This document shows positions 10,394 to 20,541 of a stretch of 64,000 bases of DNA, piece by piece (position 1 is the stretch's first letter; each line of letters begins with the position of its first letter). Both the position numbers and the translations under genes were made by a program. The stretch comes from a virus (taxonomy: Duplodnaviria > Caudoviricetes): positions 160,001 through 224,000 of IMG/VR virus record IMGVR_UViG_2974671799_000001, one strand, 5' to 3'. The notes below the pieces were generated by a model, which was given only the letters and a program-made list of their open reading frames with translations, was not told the DNA's origin and did no database searches.

Positions 10394-12823
10394 ATGAAAG
10401 TTACCAAGAGAAACGGTTCTACCGAAGAAATGAAGTTCGATAAAATTGTGAAAAGAATTTCATCTATGTGTAAAGGTCTTAATGAAGTAATAGACCCACA
10501 AAAAGTTGCATTAGATATTATGAACGGTCTTTATGATTGTGTATCTACTAGTGAAATAGATACATATATTGCCGAAGTTTGTGCAACAAAAGCAACTATA
10601 CATCCTGATTATTTGAAATTAGCATCAAATATTTCAATTTCAAATCTTCACAAAAACACTAAAAAAACATTCTCGTCAGTTGTGAAAGACCTTTACAACT
10701 ACGTAAATCCTAAAAATGGAAAGCATTCACCAATCGTTTCAAAAGAAATTTTAGATGTTGTTACAGCTAATAGTGCAAAAATAAACGCATATATCGACTA
10801 TGAACGCGATTATGGTTATGATTATATCGGTTTCAGAACACTTGAAAGAGCTTACTTATTAAAAATTGATGGTAAAATTGCAGAACGACCTCAACATATG
10901 TTGATGAGAGTTTCTTTAGGTATTCATGGTGATGATTTAGAAAATGCATTCAAGACATATGATTTAATGTCTAATAGAAAAATGACTCATGCAACACCTA
11001 CATTATTTAATTCGGGTACACCTAGACCTCAAATGTCTTCATGTTTCTTGATTGATATGAAAGAAGATTCAATAGATGGTATTTATGATACTTTAAAAAT
11101 TTGTGCTAAGATTTCTCAATATGCGGGTGGTATTGGTTTAAATACACATAAAATTCGTTCTACTGGTTCGTATATTGCGGGTACAAATGGTTACTCAAAT
11201 GGTTTAGTACCTATGTTGAAGGTTTTCAATGAAACAGCACGCTACGTTGACCAAGGAGGTGGAAAGAGAAAAGGTTCATTTGCAATGTATTTAGAACCTT
11301 GGCACGCTGATATTATGGATTTCTTAGACCTAAAAAAGAATCACGGAAAGGAAGAAATGAGAGCAAGAGATTTATTCTATGCATTGTGGATTAATGACCT
11401 TTTCATGGAAAAAGTTTTTGCTGATGAATATTGGTATTTAATGTCACCAAGCGATTCAAAAGGTCTTAATAAAGTACACGGTGAAGAGTTCAATGAACTT
11501 TATAATAAGTATATTGAAGAAGGTAAATATGTTGCTAAAATTAAAGCACGTCACTTATGGGAAAAGATTTTAGTATCTCAGATTGAAACAGGTACACCAT
11601 ACATGGCTTACAAGGATTCAGCTAACAGGAAATCAAATCAACAAAATTTAGGAACAATACAATCATCAAATTTATGTATTGAAATCATGGAATATACAGC
11701 ACCTGATGAAGTTGCAGTATGTAATCTAGCATCAATTTCATTACCATCATGTTTAAAACTTAATGAAGATGGCACTTATATGATTGATTATACAGACCTT
11801 TATGAAACAGCTTATCAAACTGCTTTAAATTTAGATAAAGTTATCGATAAGAATTTTTATCCTGTCGAAGAGGCTAGAAACTCAAACATGAAACATAGAC
11901 CTATCGGAATGGGTGTGCAAGGTTTAGCTGATTTATTCGCTATGTTAAAATTACCATTCACATCTGATGAAGCAAAAGAAATTAACAAGAACTTACACGA
12001 GGTTATTTATTTCGCAGGTTTAACAGCTTCTAAAGACTTGGCAAAAGTTCATGGAGCTTATGAAACTTTCAAAGGTTCACCATTATCTGATGGTAAATTC
12101 CAATTCGATTTATGGGGTGTTAATGCTTCTGAATTAAGTGGTTTATGTGATTGGGATTCTTTAAGAAAAGAAATTATTGAATATGGTGTTAGAAACTCTT
12201 TAGTTACTGCTTTAATGCCTACAGCATCAACAGGTCAAATCATGGGTAATAATGAATGTTTCGAGGCTTTCACATCAAACATCTATTTAAGACGTATTTT
12301 GAGTGGTGAATTTACTATGATTAATAAGTATTTAATTGAAGATTTGATGAAATTAGGTCTTTGGAATGATGAAATGAGACAACATATCATGTATAGAAAA
12401 GGTTCTATTCAGGAAATAGATTCTATACCACAAAACCTAAAGGATATTTATAAGACTGTTTATGAAATGTCTATGAAGGATATTATTGATATGTCTGCTG
12501 ATAGAGGTTTATTCATTGACCAATCACAGTCATTGAATTTGTTCATGGAGAATCCAACAGAACAAAAGTTAACATCTATGCACTTTTACGCATGGAAGAA
12601 AGGTTTAAAAACTGGTATGTATTACCTAAGAACAAAATCAGCTTCTGATGCTAAGATGGTAACTATTGACCCTGAATTAATTAAGAAGTTTGAAAACCAA
12701 GAGCTTTTAGAAACTCCTAGAGAAAAACCTATGTCAATGGATGAATATAAAGCAATGCTCGAAAAGAGTAGATTAGCTTCCGAAAGTGGAAACGATGAAG
12801 ACTGTTTAATGTGTGGGTCTTAA
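10394..12823 (+). CDS. nrdA: ribonucleotide reductase class Ia alpha subunit
   Basis: N-terminal ATP cone (VTKRNG), [36 protein letters not shown]-terminal CLMCGS; no intron or intein visible. Confidence 0.97.
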   Translation: MKVTKRNGSTEEMKFDKIVKRISSMCKGLNEVIDPQKVALDIMNGLYDCVSTSEIDTYIAEVCATKATIHPDYLKLASNISISNLHKNTKKTFSSVVKDLYNYVNPKNGKHSPIVSKEILDVVTANSAKINAYIDYERDYGYDYIGFRTLERAYLLKIDGKIAERPQHMLMRVSLGIHGDDLENAFKTYDLMSNRKMTHATPTLFNSGTPRPQMSSCFLIDMKEDSIDGIYDTLKICAKISQYAGGIGLNTHKIRSTGSYIAGTNGYSNGLVPMLKVFNETARYVDQGGGKRKGSFAMYLEPWHADIMDFLDLKKNHGKEEMRARDLFYALWINDLFMEKVFADEYWYLMSPSDSKGLNKVHGEEFNELYNKYIEEGKYVAKIKARHLWEKILVSQIETGTPYMAYKDSANRKSNQQNLGTIQSSNLCIEIMEYTAPDEVAVCNLASISLPSCLKLNEDGTYMIDYTDLYETAYQTALNLDKVIDKNFYPVEEARNSNMKHRPIGMGVQGLADLFAMLKLPFTSDEAKEINKNLHEVIYFAGLTASKDLAKVHGAYETFKGSPLSDGKFQFDLWGVNASELSGLCDWDSLRKEIIEYGVRNSLVTALMPTASTGQIMGNNECFEAFTSNIYLRRILSGEFTMINKYLIEDLMKLGLWNDEMRQHIMYRKGSIQEIDSIPQNLKDIYKTVYEMSMKDIIDMSADRGLFIDQSQSLNLFMENPTEQKLTSMHFYAWKKGLKTGMYYLRTKSASDAKMVTIDPELIKKFENQELLETPREKPMSMDEYKAMLEKSRLASESGNDEDCLMCGS

Positions 12824-12827
12824 TCAC

Positions 12828-12862
12828 AAAAAATCCGATTCAATTTTTGAATCGGATTTTTT
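12828..12862 (+). terminator. intrinsic terminator
   Basis: aaaaatccgattc...gaatcggatttttt. Confidence 0.8.
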
Positions 12863-12913
12863 AATTTTTGTGTTCAAACTATAAATAAAGTATATTAAAA
12901 AACAATTTGGAAA

Positions 12914-13360
12914 ATGAATAGTTTAGAATCTTATTATTTGGCAGAATGTGCCGAAGAAAAAATATATAATAACGTATCATTAATGTTCGAATCAAAATTA
13001 GATGGTGATGAACTTGAAATGAAAGACGTTGATGGTGATGGTGAAATGGATGAGTTCTATTTACTAATGGGAAATATCATAGATGATGAGTTAGAAAAAC
13101 AATTTCCATCAGATGAAGAGGATGAAGAAGAAACTAACGAGAGTGTTAAAGCTCGCGCACCAAAGCTTAAAGGGAAGGCATTAAAAGCTAGAAAAGCAAA
13201 AGCTAATATTATGAGGTCAATTATGGCTGAAAAAGAAGTACAAGAAGCTGTAAGCCGTCTTAAAGCTATTCTTATGCGTAAGGCTAAATCAATCTCATCA
13301 TCAAATGGTTTCAATAACAGACAAGTTCAAAAAGCGTTTAAAGGTAAAATAAAAATTTAA
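12914..13360 (+). CDS. putative internal head protein (acidic N-half, basic C-half)
   Basis: Late motif actataaata at 12878; N-terminus MNSLESYYLAE; internal MFES and TNES sites. Confidence 0.6.
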   Translation: MNSLESYYLAECAEEKIYNNVSLMFESKLDGDELEMKDVDGDGEMDEFYLLMGNIIDDELEKQFPSDEEDEEETNESVKARAPKLKGKALKARKAKANIMRSIMAEKEVQEAVSRLKAILMRKAKSISSSNGFNNRQVQKAFKGKIKI

Positions 13361-13361
13361 T

Positions 13362-13994
13362 ATGAAAGATATTTCAGTTTATATAAATGAAAAGTTAGGA
13401 AACTCAATAAATGAAGGTAAAAAAGATACTAAAATTGAGTATATCGTTAAAATGATTAAACATGAGTTTGGCTCAAAACACAATCTTAATGTTTTAGATT
13501 TTAATGATAAAGAAATTACTTTCGATATTTCAAACTTCAATGATGATAATAAAGTTCTTAAATGGGCAACTGGTATTCTTAATAGAATGTATGGCGATAA
13601 AAGGCGACCTAAAATGATGGATGCTATCACAAAAGATGGTAAATTAATCATCAATGTAAAAGATGCTAGTGTTAATGAAAGTGAGGAAATTGATGATGAA
13701 GGTAAGATTGTCGAGGCTGAACAGATAGACCCAAAAACACTTTATAAAAAAGCTAATAATGACCTTATGGTTATTCTTAGAGAATTAGGTTTAGGTGCAA
13801 CACCTAGAATTGATGAACTTTGGAGTGGTGTACAAGGATTACAAGTTGAGTGCAAAATCTCTTCTCATGTTGAATATCCAATGATTACTATGGAAAATAT
13901 GAAGGTTATATCTAAGTTGAAAACTGTTAGGTATATTAGTTTTAGAGACTTTCAACACGGATATTTCCAAGTTTACTTCAAGCACGAAAATTAA
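13362..13994 (+). CDS. putative internal head protein
   Basis: N-terminus MKDISVYINE...INE and internal VNES, similar to prohead-protease sites. Confidence 0.6.
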   Translation: MKDISVYINEKLGNSINEGKKDTKIEYIVKMIKHEFGSKHNLNVLDFNDKEITFDISNFNDDNKVLKWATGILNRMYGDKRRPKMMDAITKDGKLIINVKDASVNESEEIDDEGKIVEAEQIDPKTLYKKANNDLMVILRELGLGATPRIDELWSGVQGLQVECKISSHVEYPMITMENMKVISKLKTVRYISFRDFQHGYFQVYFKHEN

Positions 13995-14057
13995 TAAATT
14001 GTACAAATATCCTAGCTTATGTTAGGATATTTCGTTTTAAAACATTATATTTGTAGT

Positions 14058-14786
14058 ATGAAAGAAACAAACTCATATCATATACCATACGATAAATTGA
14101 AAGACCATGCGAGAGGTGGTGTAGTAATTTATAATGGTATTTTTTACAAAATTAAATACTTAGACGATAAAACATTTTCTGCTTATAAAGGTAAAGAAAC
14201 ATTTGAAGGTAGAAATATGCACTTACACCCTTATGGGAAAAGTAAGAACGGAACTATCGTTAATTTTGGTCAAGAACTACCTTTTTTCATGTATAACCAA
14301 AATCAAAATAGAAAAGATGTTCCAAAGGAAGAAATTAACGGAACTGATTTTGATAAAGTTAAAACAGATTCATATTTAGGTTTACTTAGAGCAAACTTGA
14401 CAACACATATCGTTCAATATAATGAAAAAGATGGTGGATTCGTTGTTTTTGATGATGGTAATAATGTTTTTCTTAAATTAAGAAATGGAAAAAATATCAC
14501 TTTACCAAAGAAAAATTTACACTATGTTAAAAATCATTATGTGAAAGGTAAATATAAAAAGCTTTGGTTCAAATATGACCCTAAAAAGGAATTACCAATG
14601 CAAGTTCAACAATTACCAGTTAAAGGCGATGCATATAAAGAATACTTAGAATTAAAGGCTAAATTTGACCCTGATTACCAAAGAACTGATGATTATAGAG
14701 TGTATAAATCTCAACAGGCAATACATGATAAAATGAAAAGACTTTGGGAAAAATTAACACCAAAACAGAAAAAGAAAGTAGCATAA
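14058..14786 (+). CDS. hypothetical protein (start revised to 14058; probably leaderless)
   Basis: ATG begins 5 nt after the end of the TAtaTTTG promoter element (14046-14053); the upstream in-frame extension overlaps the hairpin and promoter. Confidence 0.7.
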   Translation: MKETNSYHIPYDKLKDHARGGVVIYNGIFYKIKYLDDKTFSAYKGKETFEGRNMHLHPYGKSKNGTIVNFGQELPFFMYNQNQNRKDVPKEEINGTDFDKVKTDSYLGLLRANLTTHIVQYNEKDGGFVVFDDGNNVFLKLRNGKNITLPKKNLHYVKNHYVKGKYKKLWFKYDPKKELPMQVQQLPVKGDAYKEYLELKAKFDPDYQRTDDYRVYKSQQAIHDKMKRLWEKLTPKQKKKVA

Positions 14787-14787
14787 A

Positions 14788-15582
14788 ATGAAAATATTTA
14801 ATAAAGATTTAGAAACATATATTAGCGAAAACCTAAAATCTACAATGACTATTGAAGAAATAGTTAATCAAAATCATGGAGAAGTTAGTATATATGTTGA
14901 CCGTGGAATGAAAGGTTTTAAAAATGATATTGATAAAGCAATATCATTAGTTCCAAAATCTGCTGTTCCTAACATCATTGCACCATTAAACGCTAAAACA
15001 TATAATGATATGATTGGTTATAAACTTGACCCTCGTATGAAAATGGCTTTCGGTGTTACTTTCCAATCAGATGATGTTATTATACCAATGCAGTATGCAA
15101 CAGATTTCATTAAGGATGAAGCTAGAAAAATGTCATTATATAAGAATGATTTAGATGGTTGGAATAGAGTTTTAGAAATCAAAAAAGATATTAGAGTCTA
15201 TTCGAAATCATTTAAGAAAAATGTTTTCCAAGTATGTCTTTTTAACCCAAAGTATAAAAATTCTAAGGGTATGACTGTAGCAAAAAAGGATTTAAACGAT
15301 AAATATATTAGTAAGCATGGTGTTCGTAGAACTGTTACTGAAACTGCTTTAGGTGTTATTGTTCATGAGTTTGGTCACGTTTATGATAGTAGAAATAAAG
15401 TTTCTAAAAGTTCGGGATGGTCTGAAATACACATGAAATGGAAACATTTAAAAGATTGTCCGTTATACATTAAAGAAAGTGCATCGGAAGCATTCTCAGA
15501 AGCTTTTGCAAACTACTTTATTGATAAAGGAAAAGATTTACCCGATTTCGTTTTAGAATATTGTAAAAAGAATTTTAAATAG
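14788..15582 (+). CDS. HExxH zinc-metallopeptidase-like protein, putative internal head protein
   Basis: IVHEFGHVYD followed by SEAFSEAFANY (third ligand E); N-terminus MKIFNKDLETYISE; ends in TAG. Confidence 0.65.
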   Translation: MKIFNKDLETYISENLKSTMTIEEIVNQNHGEVSIYVDRGMKGFKNDIDKAISLVPKSAVPNIIAPLNAKTYNDMIGYKLDPRMKMAFGVTFQSDDVIIPMQYATDFIKDEARKMSLYKNDLDGWNRVLEIKKDIRVYSKSFKKNVFQVCLFNPKYKNSKGMTVAKKDLNDKYISKHGVRRTVTETALGVIVHEFGHVYDSRNKVSKSSGWSEIHMKWKHLKDCPLYIKESASEAFSEAFANYFIDKGKDLPDFVLEYCKKNFK

Positions 15583-15800
15583 GAGTCAAGCAAGAGACAC
15601 AAAATAATTGAAACGTAGTTGATAGATTGAGTATCATTCGCGTATGACTCCAAAATATACCAACGCTAGGACACGTTGTATAGTCGCTTGTTAATGCAAT
15701 ATAAAAGTTATTGCAAGAACTTTTGTTAGTCACTATTCGTGCCGTTGGAATGTAAATCCCGACAAGGTTAAAACCCACTCTTTAAAGAGTGGGTTTTTTA
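15582..15800 (+). ncRNA. putative structured non-coding RNA
   Basis: Relatively GC-rich intergenic stretch with ggagtca/tgactcc, tgata/tatca, ccaacg/cgttgg, cacg/cgtg, atagt/actat and tgcaat/attgca helices; ends in terminator aaacccactc-ttta-aagagtgggtttttt. Confidence 0.55.
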
Positions 15801-15901
15801 TTGCGAATATGAAAAAATTAAAAATATTTTTAAATAATTATAACGATTAAATAAAATATTATAGTATATTTGTATTACACTTAGAAATAAAAACAAATAG
15901 T

Positions 15902-16246
15902 ATGAATAATTTAAAATTTAAAACACCTGATAAAAACAATAAGACTTATACAGAAGCACTTAAAACTGTTTTTAGTGAGCTTGTGGATATTGATACTAAA
16001 TATGTTGATATAAAGCCTAAAAAGACCCTTAAAATAGCTTATTATATGGTTATTTCTGATATTATGGTGATATCACTAGTTAATGGTTGTGAATTATTAT
16101 TATCGTATGGTGATGATATTGTTTGTATAGATGATAAAACTTATTATGGATGTACTGGTGGTGATTTCGAACTTATAAATTTAAATCCCGATTTTGTTAA
16201 AATTAATAGTGATTTTGAGAATGGTGTAATTTTTAAAAATAAATAA
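15902..16246 (+). CDS. hypothetical protein
   Basis: 114-aa ORF downstream of a TAtaTTTG promoter. Confidence 0.7.
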   Translation: MNNLKFKTPDKNNKTYTEALKTVFSELVDIDTKYVDIKPKKTLKIAYYMVISDIMVISLVNGCELLLSYGDDIVCIDDKTYYGCTGGDFELINLNPDFVKINSDFENGVIFKNK

Positions 16247-16254
16247 AATAAATT

Positions 16255-16557
16255 ATGAACGAACTTATTTTTAACCTTATGGTTGAACTTACTACATATG
16301 GTATTCAACCAAAAATGTGTAGAGATTTTGAGAATATTCTCTATATTGATTTAGATACTTATGCAAAATCACACTTATATCTTTACTTAGATGGTAAAAT
16401 AGTAGGTCGATATGAATACACATATCAGCTTGATTTGTCTAAAAGTATCAATGATTTACTTGTAGATTTAGGTGAAGAGTTTAAGAAATCAACTCATGGG
16501 AGAGGTGGGAATGATGCATGGTTTAATCTATGTCAACAATTAGGTATTAACATTTAA
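16255..16557 (+). CDS. hypothetical protein
   Basis: 100-aa ORF with A-rich leader. Confidence 0.7.
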   Translation: MNELIFNLMVELTTYGIQPKMCRDFENILYIDLDTYAKSHLYLYLDGKIVGRYEYTYQLDLSKSINDLLVDLGEEFKKSTHGRGGNDAWFNLCQQLGINI

Positions 16558-16568
16558 AACAAATAAAT

Positions 16569-17126
16569 ATGTGGCAAGGAATTAAAAGAGAAGACTATAA
16601 ATTAATAGTTGAATCAAGACAATTAGCATTTAGTGCGCACGACCGTTGGACTAATCATGATTATAAAAAAGGCGTTGGATATTCTTATCACCTGCAAATG
16701 GCTGTTGATTTTGGTATCATGTTCTTACACCTTTTAGAACCCGAAGAAAGAGCTATTGCTATTTCAGGTATTTACTTACATGATGCTGTAGAAGATGTTC
16801 GTTTAACCAAAAATGACATAATCAAGTCAATAGAAAATAAAAGAGTGGCACAATTATCATGTAATATGTGTTGTGATATTTGGGGTGGAACTCGTGATGA
16901 AAGAAATTCACCAAGCTACTATAAAAGAGTTAATAGCGATAAACTTAGTGTTTATGGTAAACTATGTGATAGAATGGCTAATATTACTGAATCTATATTA
17001 ACTAAAGGTGAACCGACTGATTTTTATATCGATGAAATGGAAGATTTCTTATCTAAATTAGATATTGATAAAAATGGTTTCCAAGAAATGAGTTTATATC
17101 TTAAAGAAATTGCAGGATTTCATTAA
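16569..17126 (+). CDS. HD-domain hydrolase, RelA/SpoT small alarmone hydrolase (Mesh1/SAH)-like
   Basis: AFSAH...YSYHL...IYLHDAVED...KLCDRMANI matches the RSH hydrolase motif order (AH, PYxxH, LHDxxED, KxxDRxxN). Confidence 0.75.
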   Translation: MWQGIKREDYKLIVESRQLAFSAHDRWTNHDYKKGVGYSYHLQMAVDFGIMFLHLLEPEERAIAISGIYLHDAVEDVRLTKNDIIKSIENKRVAQLSCNMCCDIWGGTRDERNSPSYYKRVNSDKLSVYGKLCDRMANITESILTKGEPTDFYIDEMEDFLSKLDIDKNGFQEMSLYLKEIAGFH

Positions 17127-17150
17127 ATAGGTTGATAAGAATGTTAAATT

Positions 17151-17236
17151 TTGAAAGTTTTTTAGATTTGCTATTGTAAAACTAAAAAACTTTCATATAT
17201 TTGTAGTGTATTTATTAAACATCAAAACAAAACATT
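17151..17236 (+). promoter_or_regulatory. stem-loop plus promoter cassette, type A copy 1
   Basis: gaaagttttttag...ctaaaaaactttc inverted repeat enclosing TTG, then TAtaTTTGtagtgtatttatt; near-identical to 35956-36042. Confidence 0.75.
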
Positions 17237-17515
17237 ATGTCAATCGCAAGAGAAATTTTAACAGTAATCGAGAAAACAAACCAAATCGCATTAGTTGTAG
17301 CAGATGAACACACAATCGGTTATATTGTTCCTGAATGTCCTAATAAATTTCTAGTATTAAGACCAAATTTAGGTTCTTGGATGAAAGATGGTAGTGCAAC
17401 TACTTTAGATAATATCAGTGAATTAAGATTATTAGAAACTAAAGATTTCGAAGAGTATAAACTATGTGGTGAAGGTTACATAAGAGACACTACAAATTAC
17501 TATTTTAATAGATAA
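17237..17515 (+). CDS. hypothetical protein
   Basis: 92-aa ORF behind a promoter cassette. Confidence 0.7.
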   Translation: MSIAREILTVIEKTNQIALVVADEHTIGYIVPECPNKFLVLRPNLGSWMKDGSATTLDNISELRLLETKDFEEYKLCGEGYIRDTTNYYFNR

Positions 17516-17597
17516 TAAAAAATAAAGTTAGATTTCCTTTGTTGGAAGTCTAACTTTTCTTATATTTACAAAGAATTTAATATTAATTAAAAACAAA

Positions 17598-17912
17598 ATG
17601 GAAAAATTAAATCTAATGGGTGTCGAAAGACCATTGAAAACTAGGTGTAAAATCAAGGAATTTGTTAGTTGTATGGTTTTCGAAGGAAATAAACTACCTA
17701 GAAAAGCAAAGAAAAAGTATTTAAAAACATATAATAGAGACACATACCGTAATATAATATTTCTAAACAAAATTAAAGATGAAATGTTAAAAGGCATTCC
17801 ATTAAAGTTTCAGTTACCCGCAGGAATTGGTAAAACAAATATGATATTGAATAATATTATATTTGGTGTAACCCCTAAAATTACTCACAATCCTATAACA
17901 ATTTTACCATAA
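17598..17912 (+). CDS. hypothetical basic protein
   Basis: 104 aa with KLPRKAKKK motif. Confidence 0.65.
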   Translation: MEKLNLMGVERPLKTRCKIKEFVSCMVFEGNKLPRKAKKKYLKTYNRDTYRNIIFLNKIKDEMLKGIPLKFQLPAGIGKTNMILNNIIFGVTPKITHNPITILP

Positions 17913-18895
17913 TGAGAACAAAAGAAGAAATAAAGTTAGCTGAATTAACACTTCAAAAGTGTTTAGAAAATGTTCAACGATTTAGTATGTTTGGTGATGA
18001 TAATCATGAACAAATTAATGCAGGTCTTAGGATTTTGCGCGACCCTTCACCAATGTATAAACTTGATGAAGAGCTTACATATTATGAAGATGAAATTGAT
18101 GATATGGCAACAGCAACTTTCATACTTTCGTTAGGTGAATGGTTTGATGGAAATGAGGAACTTGTTGATATTATTTGGGGTGAAGAAAATTTAGTAACTT
18201 CATTAGAAGATGAACCAAAAAATAAAGTTCCAGTTGTTTGTGTTAAGTTGTGTAAAGATTGTCCGTTCTCAAAAACATCTTTAAAAGGATTTTTAGCTGA
18301 TTATGAAGTAGATGATTTCACTAGAATGATGAGTGCAAATTTTTCATTCCCATGTCATAAAAACGTTAAAGATGATATGACTTTAGAAGCTGTTCAACAA
18401 AAGATTAACAATTCCGAAATGTTTCATTGTAGAGGTTATATTGAATCATTCATAAAATCGGGTAGAACTGGGTATGGTAATCCAAAGTTACAGGAAGCAA
18501 TAGATGAGGTTAAGAAGCAAGGTCTTAGTGATAATTCAATGTCTGATTATGAGTTCAAATATCACCACGATTATATTTATATGGTTGATACTTGTATCAA
18601 GAAAGAAACAGATTTTACACTATTCTCAGAATCTGTTTATAAATCATATTCACCAAAATCTTTTTCAATTGATGAAGTTGCTGAGAGATTACAAAAGATT
18701 TGTTTAAAAGGTCATGGACTAGAGATTATGGGTGAAGTTCGTCATTATATTAGTGGGAGTTTTTACAATAGATGTATTGGTGAACAGGATTATAAAAGTA
18801 TTATTAGGAAATTTCATAAAGGATGTGTAAATCTTAACATTGATGAAATTTATGAATTAAGTATTAATACTTTAAAATTAGCAAAATATGAATAA
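17912..18895 (+). CDS. multi-domain protein with Cys/His metal-binding domain
   Basis: CKDCPF...FPCHK...FHCRG pattern (possibly DUF6283-like). Confidence 0.6.
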   Translation: MRTKEEIKLAELTLQKCLENVQRFSMFGDDNHEQINAGLRILRDPSPMYKLDEELTYYEDEIDDMATATFILSLGEWFDGNEELVDIIWGEENLVTSLEDEPKNKVPVVCVKLCKDCPFSKTSLKGFLADYEVDDFTRMMSANFSFPCHKNVKDDMTLEAVQQKINNSEMFHCRGYIESFIKSGRTGYGNPKLQEAIDEVKKQGLSDNSMSDYEFKYHHDYIYMVDTCIKKETDFTLFSESVYKSYSPKSFSIDEVAERLQKICLKGHGLEIMGEVRHYISGSFYNRCIGEQDYKSIIRKFHKGCVNLNIDEIYELSINTLKLAKYE

Positions 18896-18913
18896 CAATT
18901 AAGTAAATAAAAT

Positions 18914-19258
18914 ATGGAAAAAACATTATTTCAGAGAGTAAGACAGAATTTAATAAATAGTGGTCTTTTAAAAGAGGAATCAACACATTTAGAAATAGAA
19001 GCATTGGTTGTATCTATTCTAGATACAACATCTAACCCAAGCGGATTATCAGAAGCTGTTCAATTAGAACGTATGGTTAATGATAGAAAAATGCCTCATG
19101 ATAAAAAGTTTGAACATAATAATTATACATTGGATGATATGTTTAATATGGTTAATTATGGTCATGATTATGTTCTTAAATGTCAAACAAAAGGGTTTGT
19201 TCCGAAAGGAAATATTCTGCAACATATTGAATATTTAGAGTCTAAGAAAGACGATTAA
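18914..19258 (+). CDS. hypothetical protein
   Basis: 114-aa ORF followed by terminator near 19287-19331. Confidence 0.7.
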   Translation: MEKTLFQRVRQNLINSGLLKEESTHLEIEALVVSILDTTSNPSGLSEAVQLERMVNDRKMPHDKKFEHNNYTLDDMFNMVNYGHDYVLKCQTKGFVPKGNILQHIEYLESKKDD

Positions 19259-19415
19259 TTATATCTTTTTACATATAATTTTAATAAAAATCCTGAAACT
19301 ATACTTTTTTGCATATAGTTTCAGGATTTTTGAGTTAGAACAATATATATAATAAACAATTTTTATTCATTAGAGACTGGATTTAAACAAGTCTTTATTT
19401 TTAATTTACACTTAT

Positions 19416-19862
19416 ATGAGAATAGAACAATATTTAACAGAATGTTTGGTTACAGAATCAATGGCATCAAATAACGCATCAGTAAAAATAGAGAAACTTT
19501 TAAAAACACTTAATTTAAACCATGATAAAGGTGGTTTTGAACCATTCGGAAAAGATGGAAAGGCTATGTTTTTAACTGTTATGAAGGAAGTAATTAATGG
19601 AGTTTTTGATGATATAAATTATTCAGATTTGAAAGATTTGAATAAAGGACTATTCGGAAAAGATTCTACAAAAATAGAAGATGCTAAGAATAAAAATTTC
19701 ATGAAAAAAGCAGTTCTGATTGACTCTGAAATCCAAAAAGTTGTACATTCTATATCAAAAATTGTTAAGTGGGATGCTGTAGTTTTTGTAGAGGCTATGA
19801 ATCAATACTTACAAAGCCAAGGATTTAATTTAAAATTAATACACGAAAAACAAGATAAATAA
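19416..19862 (+). CDS. putative internal head protein
   Basis: N-terminus MRIEQYLTECLVTES. Confidence 0.6.
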   Translation: MRIEQYLTECLVTESMASNNASVKIEKLLKTLNLNHDKGGFEPFGKDGKAMFLTVMKEVINGVFDDINYSDLKDLNKGLFGKDSTKIEDAKNKNFMKKAVLIDSEIQKVVHSISKIVKWDAVVFVEAMNQYLQSQGFNLKLIHEKQDK

Positions 19863-20485
19863 TGAAAAGTATTTTAGAATATGTTACCGAGTCTAGAAAT
19901 AAAACGGTAAAAGCAGATTTAGGACACTCTAATATGGGTGGTTGGGATTCTATTTATAACAAATCGAAAATGGAAAATGGTGATTATCAATATGTTGCAT
20001 TGATTTCACCTACTACTGGTGAGATTAATTGGCGTGGTGTTTTCAAAGATACCGAGGGTAAGAATTTGGATAAAGCGTCATATGATTATATCATGAAGGT
20101 TTCAAACAAATATGCTAAGAAAAACAAGAACTTAAAGAAAGTTGAGAAGAGGGTTAAGGATATTTTCAAGGCTAAGAAGCCTGTAAAAGTTCAATATCCC
20201 GAAGGGAAGGTTAAGGATGCTGTTATCGATAATGGTCGATTAGTTTTTATTGAAAATGGTATTGGTTTGTTTTCTCATTCAATTAATGATGTTATTGAAC
20301 TTGTTGCTAAAAAATCTTACGATATAGTTGAGTCTGTTAATGAATCAAAAGAAACAGATTTTGTTGTGGGTCAACCATTTATGTATGGCAATTTCGCAAC
20401 AACTGTTGTTAGTGTTACAGAAACAACAGTTGAATTAGATGCAGATGGTGAGATTTTCGAAGCTAAAATCGAAGATTTATTTTAA
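19862..20485 (+). CDS. putative internal head protein
   Basis: N-terminus MKSILEYVTES; internal IVESVNES. Confidence 0.6.
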   Translation: MKSILEYVTESRNKTVKADLGHSNMGGWDSIYNKSKMENGDYQYVALISPTTGEINWRGVFKDTEGKNLDKASYDYIMKVSNKYAKKNKNLKKVEKRVKDIFKAKKPVKVQYPEGKVKDAVIDNGRLVFIENGIGLFSHSINDVIELVAKKSYDIVESVNESKETDFVVGQPFMYGNFATTVVSVTETTVELDADGEIFEAKIEDLF

Positions 20486-20541
20486 TAACTAATTTTTAAT
20501 ACTTATATTTGATGAGTATTAAATAAGAATAAAAATTTATA

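Noticed and set aside
9324-12823. Introns or inteins in nrdB and nrdA
   Set aside because: Both ORFs are continuous and of normal length, with no intein or homing-endonuclease motifs.
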